32,000 nt of DNA from Ferroglobus placidus DSM 10642 (GTDB lineage: Archaea > Halobacteriota > Archaeoglobi > Archaeoglobales > Archaeoglobaceae), in contig NC_013849.1 of the NCBI RefSeq assembly GCF_000025505.1, positions 2,164,267-2,196,266 of the forward strand, written 5' to 3'. Positions 24,689 to 32,000 of the stretch are shown piece after piece. A program made the translations under genes and the position numbers. Each line of letters begins with the position of its first letter. Positions within the stretch are counted from its first letter, which is position 1. The notes beneath the pieces were generated by a model. That model saw nothing but the letters and a program-made list of their open reading frames with translations, had not been told where the DNA came from and did not search any database.

Positions 24689-24957
24689 AGAGCAGAAAGA
24701 TCGTTTGCAGGTGTGAGGATATAACCGAAGAGGAAATAATACACGCTATAGAGGAAGGATACGACGACATAGAAAGTTTGAAAAGGTACACGGGAGCCAC
24801 AACCGGAGCTTGCCAGGGAAAGGGTTGCCTAATGCACATACTGAGGATTCTCAGTCAAAAAACCGGAAAGAGTCCAGAGGAGATCGGGATAACAACCCAA
24901 AGACCTCCCGTAAACCCAGTTCCCTTATACGTTTTGGCTGAGGGTGATAAAGAATGA
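24685..24957 (+). CDS. Small BFD-like [2Fe-2S] delta subunit
   Basis: 90 aa with CRCEDITEEEI...GATTGACQGKGC, the BFD-like/HcnA-like 2Fe-2S pattern. There is a 4-nt overlap on both sides. Confidence 0.75.
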   Translation: MKSRKIVCRCEDITEEEIIHAIEEGYDDIESLKRYTGATTGACQGKGCLMHILRILSQKTGKSPEEIGITTQRPPVNPVPLYVLAEGDKE

Positions 24958-26045
24958 GGGTGGCGATAATCGGTTCCGGCATAGCCGGGATTTCTCTCGC
25001 TTACTTTCTTGCGAAAAGCGGAATTGACGTGGCTGTTTTCGAGAAAAAATATCCTCTTTACGGAGCGAGCGGAAGAAATTCGGGGGGAATAACTCTTCAG
25101 TTCGACAAACCGGAGTTCGTGGATCTCGCTAAGGAGAGCTTAAAAATTTACGACAGAGTTCAGTCGGAAGTGGGATTCAACTTCCTGTACAGGCACGACG
25201 GCTACATAAAAGTGGCGAGAAATAAAGACGATTTGGACAAGCTTGAAAAAGAGGTTAAAGTGGCGAAGTCGAGAGGAGTAAAAGCGAAAATGCTTGAAGC
25301 CGAGGAAGTAAAGGAGTTCGTTCCCGACTTCAACCCTGATGCCATAGTTGGGGCGAGCTATTCGGAAGGGGGAGTGATCTTTCCTTGGCCGGTAATCTGG
25401 GGATTTGCCAAAGGTTGTAAAGAGATGGGAGTTGAGATCAAAAAAATGAGCGAAGTTAAGGAGATCGTCATTGAAAAAGGGTTTGTAAAGGGAGTAAAAG
25501 CTAACGGAGAGATCTACAAGGCTGATTACGTCGTCAACGCAGCGGGAGCTTGGAGCAACGAAGTCTCGTCTTTAGCTGGCGTAGGATTGGATAACAGAAT
25601 AATTAAAGAGGAAATTTGCGTTAGCGAAAGCTTAAAACCTTACCTCGATCTCTACATTCTCGACGTCTCCACCGGCGTTTACCTGAGTCAGAGTGTCAGA
25701 GGAGAGATAGTGGGAGGGATTCTCGGCAGCGAGGTAGAAAAGCCGGACACTTCTTCAAGCTTCGAGTTCTTGACGAAGTACGCTAAAAAAGCGAGCGAGC
25801 TAATTCCGAAGCTTAAGAGCCTAACGATACTCAGGCAGTGGGCGGGAGTTTACGATGTCGCCAAGGACGATATGCCCGTAGTTGGATTAACCTCCGTCAG
25901 CGGCTTCATACAGTTCAACGGGCTCGGAAAATTCGGAATGTGCATCGCTCCAGCTCTGGCAAAGGAGTTGGCAATTTTGATTGTAAGGGGAGAAAACAGA
26001 AAAATAGAAAAGTTCAGTCCCCTCAGATTGAAAATTTACCACTAA
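24954..26045 (+). CDS. FAD-dependent amine/amino-acid dehydrogenase beta subunit (DAO family, sarcosine oxidase beta / proline dehydrogenase beta-like)
   Basis: 363 aa. The N-terminus VAIIGSGIAGISLAYFLAKSG.DV.VFEK....GASGRN.GG, then VVNAAGAWS, are typical of the DAO/SoxB family. Confidence 0.8.
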   Translation: MRVAIIGSGIAGISLAYFLAKSGIDVAVFEKKYPLYGASGRNSGGITLQFDKPEFVDLAKESLKIYDRVQSEVGFNFLYRHDGYIKVARNKDDLDKLEKEVKVAKSRGVKAKMLEAEEVKEFVPDFNPDAIVGASYSEGGVIFPWPVIWGFAKGCKEMGVEIKKMSEVKEIVIEKGFVKGVKANGEIYKADYVVNAAGAWSNEVSSLAGVGLDNRIIKEEICVSESLKPYLDLYILDVSTGVYLSQSVRGEIVGGILGSEVEKPDTSSSFEFLTKYAKKASELIPKLKSLTILRQWAGVYDVAKDDMPVVGLTSVSGFIQFNGLGKFGMCIAPALAKELAILIVRGENRKIEKFSPLRLKIYH

Positions 26046-26242
26046 ATTTTTCTCTTCTTTTTGAGAACTTCCTCAAGTTTCTTTTCTATCGGCTCCTCAT
26101 GAGTGTACGGGCACATCAGATAATGCTCCACAGCTTTTGCTATCGCATCCTTCGTTGCACTCTCACCGGTCTTTTTCTTCAATTCGTTAAGCACGTCCTC
26201 CGGCAGCACGGTTTGAGCATGCACGATCTTTACCATCTCCAT
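26042..26242 (-). CDS. Small ribbon-helix-helix-like protein at the end of the CODH operon
   Basis: About 66 aa. IVHAQTVLPEDVLNELKKKTGESATKDAIAKAVEHYL fits a strand-helix-helix (CopG/Arc-like) pattern. The tail HYLMCPYTHEE is followed by a Lys-rich end. ATG at 26242 forms the same TGATG overlap seen at other junctions; the ORF track uses GTG at 26245. Confidence 0.5.
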   Translation of the reverse strand: MEMVKIVHAQTVLPEDVLNELKKKTGESATKDAIAKAVEHYLMCPYTHEEPIEKKLEEVLKKKRKI

Positions 26243-27480
26243 CACCTATAATGATGATGAGATTGCTGGTATTTAAACTTTGTGCTGAAAGATGCAAAAT
26301 CTGAATCCTTAAGAGTAAAGAGAGGTTTGCCAAACCTTCCGATGTCGAATCCAGAAACCATGATTCTGTAAAATATACCGGCATTTGATATGTCTCCTAC
26401 GATTATGTAGCCTACAAGCCTTCCATTTTTTACGTAAAACCTCCAGTAATTCCCTCTGTCCTCTACTTCTTGGTAATTATTCCCGCTCACGTCTCCGGCG
26501 ACGATAAAGTGGAAACCGAGCTTTTTTAGGCTATTGATAACGTCAGAACCTTCGTAAGGAATCTTATAACCGAGAGCGTTTAAAGCCGCTATCTTCCCTT
26601 GCCTTACAGCGTTCCAGTAGTTGGCGAAAACTCCTCTCTCACCGGTAACTCTGTTTTTTGTCTCACAAACGTCTCCACAAGCGTAGATATCCTTTTGGGA
26701 GGTCTCCATAAATTCGTTAACTACTATACCTTTTGCAGTATCAAGTTCTTCCTTACAGAAATCGACGTTCGGAATCATGCCGGTAGCTGCGACGAACACA
26801 TCTCCGGGAAATTCTTCTCCGTTCTCAGTAACAACCGCTTTACAAACTCCTGAGCTGTCAGCCGCGAACTCCGTACCAAAACTGTTGAACACGAGCTCAA
26901 CTCCCTTGTCTTCAAGTACTTTCTCGACGAATTTCGACGCTTTTTTATCCAACCTCTCGGGCATTATTCTGTCGGTCGCCTCCAAAAGCGTGACGTCAAT
27001 TCCGATCTCTCTGAGCGTTAAAGCTATCTCTGTTCCCTGAAAACCTCCGCCAACGACAACCGCTTTTTTACACTCACCTCTAACAATTTTAGACCGAAGC
27101 TCTCGAACTTGAGTTAGCGACTTGAAATTGTAAACATTCGGAAGATCCAAACCCTTAAGAGGAGCGTAAAGTCTGCTTCCCGAAGCAACTATAATTTTTT
27201 CGAACTCGTAGTCTCCTATTTCGGTTGTTATCTTTTTCCTCTTGGCATCTAATTTTTCAACTTTCTCTCCAATTCTCGCATCAACGTTTAGCCTTTCAAA
27301 AACGTCTTTTCCTTTCCAGAAAATCTCGTCACCGCCGGTTTTAAGATAGGTTGTCAAGACTGCCGGGTTGTAGGGAGGACATTTCTCAGCGGAAAAAATT
27401 GTTATTGGTAGATTTGTTTTCCTTCTGAGAGTCTCCGCAGCTGATATTCCCGCTGGTCCAGCGCCTACTATAGCGATCAT
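26242..27480 (-). CDS. FAD/NAD(P)-dependent pyridine-nucleotide-disulfide-family oxidoreductase (CODH-associated FNOR type)
   Basis: 412 aa. IAIVGAGPAGISAA, a second motif AVVVGGGFQGTEIA, and YACGDV. There is a 4-nt overlap with cooS. Confidence 0.8.
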   Translation of the reverse strand: MIAIVGAGPAGISAAETLRRKTNLPITIFSAEKCPPYNPAVLTTYLKTGGDEIFWKGKDVFERLNVDARIGEKVEKLDAKRKKITTEIGDYEFEKIIVASGSRLYAPLKGLDLPNVYNFKSLTQVRELRSKIVRGECKKAVVVGGGFQGTEIALTLREIGIDVTLLEATDRIMPERLDKKASKFVEKVLEDKGVELVFNSFGTEFAADSSGVCKAVVTENGEEFPGDVFVAATGMIPNVDFCKEELDTAKGIVVNEFMETSQKDIYACGDVCETKNRVTGERGVFANYWNAVRQGKIAALNALGYKIPYEGSDVINSLKKLGFHFIVAGDVSGNNYQEVEDRGNYWRFYVKNGRLVGYIIVGDISNAGIFYRIMVSGFDIGRFGKPLFTLKDSDFASFSTKFKYQQSHHHYR

Positions 27481-29339
27481 ATCCCCAGCTTTCTCCTTTT
27501 ATCCTCGATGTGTTTAATTATAATTTCAGCAGCTTTTTCAGGGTCTGGCTCAACAACGAATTTCCCTCCCGTAAGCTCTTCTACTTTGCTTGTAAGAACG
27601 TCGAGAACAAGCTTGCTTCCGTAAATCGGTGGAGGGACGCCTAAAACGACTAATAAACCAGAAGCAACGAAGTAAGCTCCTATCGCAATTGCTTTCTCCG
27701 AGTACCATTCCATAGCAGCGCCTGCAGCTGGTAGATCGCTAATATCCACCCCCAATTCGTTTGCAAGTGCTGAAAGAGCTACGAGTATTCTTGAATTGTC
27801 CACGCACGATCCGAAGTGCAACACGGGAGGTATGCCGAGAGACTCGCAAACTTTTCTCAATTCTTCTCCTGCCAATTCGGCAGCTTCCGGAACCTTCAAT
27901 CCAGCTTTAGCATCGGCAACCGCTGCGCATCCAGTGTCAACAACGAGTACGTCATTCTCTATCAGTCTTTTTGCGAGAGTTATGTGAGAATAATCCTGCT
28001 TAACCTTCGGATTGTTACATCCAACCGAGCCTACTACTCCTCTAATACTTCCATTTTTTATTGCATCAATCAAAGGCTGCAGCGTTCCTCCTAAAACTTT
28101 TAGAATCGCTTCAACTGAGAAACCTGTCATCAACTTGTTCGGCTTAACATTGGGAATCTTTACGAGTTCCGCTTTTCTTTCTCTGAACCTTTCTATAGCA
28201 AGCTTAACTACTTCTTTTGCTTTTTCATGGGCGTTTTCCGGAGTAAACTCTATGTGAATCGCTCCCTTAAACTTCGCTTTGGGAGAAGTGGTAACTACTT
28301 CTGTGTGGTAGCACTTAGCCACGTCGACGATAGCTGGCATGATGCACTGGTAATCCACCACAATTACATCAACAACTCCGGTTCCGATAACAAGCTCCTG
28401 AATTAGATGGTTGCCAGCCATTGGAATTCCCTTGCGCATTAGAACTTCATTACCGGTACAACAAAGTCCCGCCAAGTTTATTCCTTCAGCTCCATATTCC
28501 TTCGCAAGTTTTAACAACTCCTCGTCAGAAGCCGCTTCTACGATTGCGTCAGAAACGATTGGATTGTGACCGTGCAAAACTATGTTGACCTCGTTCTCCT
28601 TCAAAGTTGCTAAATTAATCTCGGACATCTTGGGCTCCGGCGTGCCAAACAAAATGTCCGAAACTTCCGTAGCAATCATCGATCCTCCGAAACCGTCCGC
28701 CAATGCAGTTCTGAGGCACTGAAGCAGAATGTTGACGGGGTCGTTGTCGACTCCCATATGAGTTCTGTGCATAATTTCAACGACTTCTCTGTCAATCCCC
28801 CTCGGGATTATACCAAGCTTTTCCCATAGCTCAATTCGCTTTTTCGGAGCTCTATTAACAAACTGTATCTTCTCCTTCTTCGATCCAAAATCTTCAAGCA
28901 TAGCCTCCGCAAGTTCGAAAGCTATCTCTTCAACACTTTTATTTGTATTTATTCCGTATTCTTGGGCAACTTTTTTGAGTTTTTCAGCATCTTTCACGGA
29001 ATACGCTTTAACTTTTCCAACCCTCGCGAGAACCTCCACCAAATCCCTGCCGTGGTCGCTGTGGGATGCTGCTCCGCTGGCTACCGCTCTTGCAAGATTT
29101 CTTGCCACTATCACATCTGCATCAGCACCGCAGACACCTTTTTGAGGTCCTTCGCCGAAGGGATCTATTCTGCAAGGACCCATGGCACAGTTTCTGCAAC
29201 TTAAACCCAAGGAGCAGTAACCGCACTGTGGCTCCTGCTCTTTCAATCTGTCCCAAACAAGTAAAATCCCCTCTTCTTTCAGTTTTTTAATCATTGCATT
29301 AGCATCGACGTGGACGGAGTGTTCCTCCACTTTTATCAC
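27477..29339 (-). CDS. cooS: Anaerobic Ni,Fe carbon monoxide dehydrogenase catalytic subunit
   Basis: 620 aa. The N-terminal Cys motifs are CGYCSLGLSCRNCAMGPCRI and GVCGA. Other segments are HGHNP, GLCCTGNE and GSCVDNSR, the CooS/HCP-family layout. Confidence 0.93.
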   Translation of the reverse strand: MIKVEEHSVHVDANAMIKKLKEEGILLVWDRLKEQEPQCGYCSLGLSCRNCAMGPCRIDPFGEGPQKGVCGADADVIVARNLARAVASGAASHSDHGRDLVEVLARVGKVKAYSVKDAEKLKKVAQEYGINTNKSVEEIAFELAEAMLEDFGSKKEKIQFVNRAPKKRIELWEKLGIIPRGIDREVVEIMHRTHMGVDNDPVNILLQCLRTALADGFGGSMIATEVSDILFGTPEPKMSEINLATLKENEVNIVLHGHNPIVSDAIVEAASDEELLKLAKEYGAEGINLAGLCCTGNEVLMRKGIPMAGNHLIQELVIGTGVVDVIVVDYQCIMPAIVDVAKCYHTEVVTTSPKAKFKGAIHIEFTPENAHEKAKEVVKLAIERFRERKAELVKIPNVKPNKLMTGFSVEAILKVLGGTLQPLIDAIKNGSIRGVVGSVGCNNPKVKQDYSHITLAKRLIENDVLVVDTGCAAVADAKAGLKVPEAAELAGEELRKVCESLGIPPVLHFGSCVDNSRILVALSALANELGVDISDLPAAGAAMEWYSEKAIAIGAYFVASGLLVVLGVPPPIYGSKLVLDVLTSKVEELTGGKFVVEPDPEKAAEIIIKHIEDKRRKLGI

Positions 29340-29929
29340 CTCCTTAATTTTTTACCCAATTCCACCCACAATCGGTAATTTTCCGGTACTATCTCCTTTT
29401 TCTGGAAAATAGGGTAATACGCAGACGCTATACGCTTCTCCTCTTCCTTTATTAGCTCGTTTACGTCTCCGAACTTCAAGGCTCCCGTCTTACAAACTTC
29501 AACGCATGCCGGAATCATTCCATTGCGAACTCGCTCAATACATCCATCACATTTATAGCTGACAGGAACATCTTCTGCTCTTCTCCAATCTCTGTAAAAT
29601 CTTATAACTCCAAACGGACACACCATAGCACACATTCCGCAATTTATGCATCTGTCGACTTCAACAAAAACTATATTCTCCTCTCTATTTATTGCAGAGG
29701 TTGGGCAAGCTTCTAAACAAGGTGCCGGATCGCAATGCCTGCACTTGCTTGGAAACGCGTAGCTTTCGGCTGGAAATACGTGAATTCTGGGTTTAGGCTT
29801 TGGCTCCTCAAAAATCCCTGCAAAGTCTTTGTTTCGAGAATGAGAGATTGCACACTCGAACATGCACTGCATACAACCAACGCAGCGCTCAGGAAAAACA
29901 ACCACGGATTTCATATTTTGCTCCATCAA
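29336..29929 (-). CDS. cooF: CooF-type polyferredoxin (4x Fe-S motifs)
   Basis: 197 aa with CVGCMQCMFEC, CRHCDPAPCLEACP, CINCGMCAMVCP and CDGC....ACVEVCKTGAL. There is a 4-nt overlap with cooS. Confidence 0.85.
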   Translation of the reverse strand: MMEQNMKSVVVFPERCVGCMQCMFECAISHSRNKDFAGIFEEPKPKPRIHVFPAESYAFPSKCRHCDPAPCLEACPTSAINREENIVFVEVDRCINCGMCAMVCPFGVIRFYRDWRRAEDVPVSYKCDGCIERVRNGMIPACVEVCKTGALKFGDVNELIKEEEKRIASAYYPIFQKKEIVPENYRLWVELGKKLRR

Positions 29930-30021
29930 AAAATTTAGTGTTGAAAATCATATTTAATCATTTCTTTAAACTTCGGTAGTGTAATCATTGAATTTAAATT
30001 CTTAAAAAAGACAGGTTAGGT

Positions 30022-30663
30022 ATGAACAACGAACTCGTGGAAGGATTGAAAGATCTGAAGACTGGTGCTCTGCTAAATTTGTTAGCGATGCTACTGATTT
30101 TCTTCGGAATGGGAATTATGTTCGCGACTTTCGGATTTACTCCAATGAGAGAGATTAAGCCGGAAGAGTTTCTCGGAATGATGGCTGTTTTCGGCATTTT
30201 CGCCCTTCTTTTCCTTTTGGCGATAATTTTGAGTTTAGCGAGCTTCATCATGTACTTCAAAGCCACGGGACACCTGAAAAATTACGATGAGAGGTACGGA
30301 GTTGGAAGAAAGGGGATGATTCTTGAAATAATAGGCAGTATTTTGATACTCGCATCTTTTATCCCGCTTACGGCAACTGGAACCACTAAAGAATTTCACT
30401 ACGCAACCTTCGAGATACTTGCGGCATTCTCGCTTGTATTCGCAGGAGCCATCGCTTTAATAGTGGGAGCAATTCTTTTCGGGATTATGCTGATGAGGCT
30501 TGAGGAAGTTGAAAGCGATTTCAAAGTTGCTGGAATACTCTATTTCCTCGGAATGATACTGAGCTTTTTCACAGGAATTATTGGGGTGCTGATCGGAATA
30601 GCAACTACAGCTCTAATTTACATCAGCGCAAAAAGCGCTTTAAAGAGGATATCCGCTGCTTGA
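30022..30663 (+). CDS. Integral membrane protein of unknown function
   Basis: 213 aa with about six long hydrophobic segments. No catalytic motif is recognised. Confidence 0.65.
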   Translation: MNNELVEGLKDLKTGALLNLLAMLLIFFGMGIMFATFGFTPMREIKPEEFLGMMAVFGIFALLFLLAIILSLASFIMYFKATGHLKNYDERYGVGRKGMILEIIGSILILASFIPLTATGTTKEFHYATFEILAAFSLVFAGAIALIVGAILFGIMLMRLEEVESDFKVAGILYFLGMILSFFTGIIGVLIGIATTALIYISAKSALKRISAA

Positions 30664-30702
30664 AGAGAAAATGTTTTATCCAATCCCGTATTACTTATAT
30701 TC

Positions 30703-30914
30703 GACCCCAGCGGGGAGGGGTGTGGAGAGAGCTAAGCTTTCGATGAAGCTCCCTGCAAGGCTGGGGTTACACCATGCCGATAGGTCCCCTGGTGAGAGAG
30801 CCCTGGCTTTCGATGACCCTGGGGCAACCCGGGCATGGGACAAAGCCCCGAGAGGTCAGCCGTTTGAGAGAGCGCAGCTTTCGATGATATACGGCGTTAC
30901 ACTCGGGGCACAGG
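30703..30914 (+). ncRNA. Three-hairpin box H/ACA sRNA (pseudouridylation guide)
   Basis: There are three consecutive units with the same architecture: a 7-bp lower stem, an internal pocket, an upper stem, a K-turn, an apical hairpin GAGAGC-loop-GCTTTC, then ACA. Unit 1 has CCCCAGC(30705-30711)/GCTGGGG(30760-30766) with ACA at 30769-30771. Unit 2 has CCATGCC(30772-30778)/GGCATGG(30832-30838) with ACA at 30840-30842. Unit 3 has CCCCGAG(30846-30852)/CTCGGGG(30902-30908) with ACA at 30910-30912. Each ACA lies 14-15 nt from the top of the 3' pocket strand. The lower and upper stems covary between units. Confidence 0.78.
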
Positions 30915-30916
30915 AA

Positions 30917-31534
30917 TTAGAAAACCTTTTTGAGTAAATCTTCGAACTCCTCTCTTCTGATAACTCTTCCGTGCCCCGGATAGAGTTTCTCAAACTCAAA
31001 TTTCAAAACCTTCCTCAGGCTCCTTCTGTATTCTTCGTCGTTCCAGTTGAAGTTTTTCGAGGACAACGTTGGATTGTCACTAAAGACTTTACATCTAACG
31101 AGATCTCCGCAAATAAGCGAGTCACCGACGAGAATGGAAATGCTTCCTTCAGTGTGTCCGGGAGTGTGGATTATTTCGAGATCTTTTAACTCCTCTACGC
31201 TTTCAACCTCCTCAAGATACTTTGGCTTCTTTATGCTTTCGTAAAACCTCGCAAAAGACCCTATCAAGCCCTTGTATTCGTGTTTCTTAATTCCTTTAAG
31301 ATATTCGAACTCTTTCGGATGTGCGTATACCTTGCTCTTCAAAATTTTCGAAAGAGCGCGAGCTGAGCCCATGTGATCGAAGTGGGAGTGCGTGAGAATA
31401 ATTCCTTCGCATTCCTTAACAGCTTCGGCAATTCTCCTTTCATTCCCCGGTAATCCGGTATCTACGACGTATTTCTTTCCATCAACTACTACGAGGTAAA
31501 CGTTACAGCCTTTCGCCTTTATCAGTTCCACCAT
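30917..31534 (-). CDS. Metallo-beta-lactamase-fold hydrolase
   Basis: About 205 aa from the ATG at 31534. It has the motif ILTHSHFDHMG and a later HTPGHT. The tracked ORF's 92-aa N-terminal extension overlaps the divergent archease gene, so it is unlikely to be real. Confidence 0.8.
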   Translation of the reverse strand: MVELIKAKGCNVYLVVVDGKKYVVDTGLPGNERRIAEAVKECEGIILTHSHFDHMGSARALSKILKSKVYAHPKEFEYLKGIKKHEYKGLIGSFARFYESIKKPKYLEEVESVEELKDLEIIHTPGHTEGSISILVGDSLICGDLVRCKVFSDNPTLSSKNFNWNDEEYRRSLRKVLKFEFEKLYPGHGRVIRREEFEDLLKKVF

Positions 31535-31585
31535 GTTACGAGATCTTTTGAATGTATTTATTAACATTGAGGGGAAATTAGGAAT

Positions 31586-31987
31586 ATGTACCGCTTTGTG
31601 GAGCATACTGCAGACATAGCTTTTGAAGTTGAAGCTGAAAGCCTCGAAGAGCTTTTTATAGATGCTGCAAACGCCTTTTACGAAGCTTTTTGTAACAGAG
31701 ACCTTGTCAAAGAGGAGGAAGAGAGAAGATTGGAGCTCGAGGAAGAAGACGTAGAGCATCTCCTTTACTCGTGGCTGAACGAGATTCTCTTTCTGTTCGA
31801 TGCCGAGCACTTCGCAGCGAAAAGAGTTGAAGTCAGCGTAGAGAACAACTCTCTAAAAGCGAGACTTATCGGGGGAAAAATAACTCCTGAAGCCGTCAAA
31901 CTCGAACCTAAAGCCATAACGATGCACAAATTCAGAGTTGAAAGGAAGGACGGAAAATTTTACGCTTTCGTAATTATAGATATTTAA
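31586..31987 (+). CDS. Archease
   Basis: 133 aa. The N-terminus F.EHTADIAFEV.A.SLEELF..AA.A and the C-terminus KAITMHKF.V....G.......IDI form the archease signature. Confidence 0.9.
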   Translation: MYRFVEHTADIAFEVEAESLEELFIDAANAFYEAFCNRDLVKEEEERRLELEEEDVEHLLYSWLNEILFLFDAEHFAAKRVEVSVENNSLKARLIGGKITPEAVKLEPKAITMHKFRVERKDGKFYAFVIIDI

Positions 31988-32000
31988 TTTATTATTTTAA

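Noticed and set aside
26251-26320. ATGATGA ... CTGA ... CTGA arrangement considered as a C/D box sRNA
   Set aside because: The spacings are 27 nt to the first CTGA, with no C' box, which does not fit the 12-nt guide geometry. The stretch lies inside the FNOR coding sequence. Similarly, GTGATGA at 12759-12765 has no downstream CTGA.
30725-30880. Three spaced repeats (GAGAGAGC...GCTTTCGATGA) considered as a mini-CRISPR array
   Set aside because: The repeats are only about 20 nt long, are not identical (their internal loops differ) and number only three. They are fully explained as K-turn apical hairpins of an H/ACA RNA, each followed by a stem and an ACA box.
30671-30937. 88-aa ORF (MFYPIPYYLYSTPAGRGVERAKLSMK...)
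   Set aside because: It lies exactly over the three-hairpin H/ACA RNA. The repeated peptide pieces (ERAKLSM, ERALAFD, ERAQLSM) are simply translations of the repeated K-turn hairpins. It has no ribosome-binding site and an atypical composition.

Overview
The window reads as a chromosomal segment of a hyperthermophilic euryarchaeon, Archaeoglobales-like by eye. Evidence: a tRNA without encoded CCA, box C/D and H/ACA guide RNAs, SRP19, archease, a THUMP tRNA methyltransferase, GGAGGTGA ribosome-binding sites and frequent TGATG stop/start overlaps. About 40 genes are tightly packed on both strands and most are housekeeping or metabolic. They include cobD, MTA phosphorylase, a purine PRTase, crcB plus DUF190, hisE, srp19, an NSUN RNA m5C methyltransferase, an M24 peptidase, thioredoxin reductase and a ferredoxin. 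There is also a beta-oxidation-like operon, a four-subunit sarcosine-oxidase/proline-dehydrogenase-type flavoenzyme operon and a cooF-cooS-FNOR carbon monoxide dehydrogenase operon. Accessory or decayed material includes a transposase 3' end abutting a truncated nucleotidyltransferase next to tRNA-Thr. It also includes a two-gene toxin-antitoxin-like pair beside an hsdM gene broken by three frameshifts and one nonsense codon. Three guide RNAs missed by ORF calling are two canonical C/D box sRNAs flanking the ferredoxin gene and a three-hairpin H/ACA sRNA hidden under a spurious 88-aa ORF. The leads I rate highest are: (1) a translationally coupled radical-SAM (CX7CX2C) plus TiaS-kinase-domain-like gene pair of unknown function; (2) two thiolase-fold proteins that both appear to lack the catalytic Cys/His, with two stand-alone DUF35 proteins and an acyl-CoA dehydrogenase; (3) a 711-bp extremely AT-rich non-coding gap bounded by a perfect 15-bp inverted repeat with a central 30-bp palindrome, a candidate origin, MITE or ncRNA locus. 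All functional calls rest on motif recognition by eye and no database search was possible.
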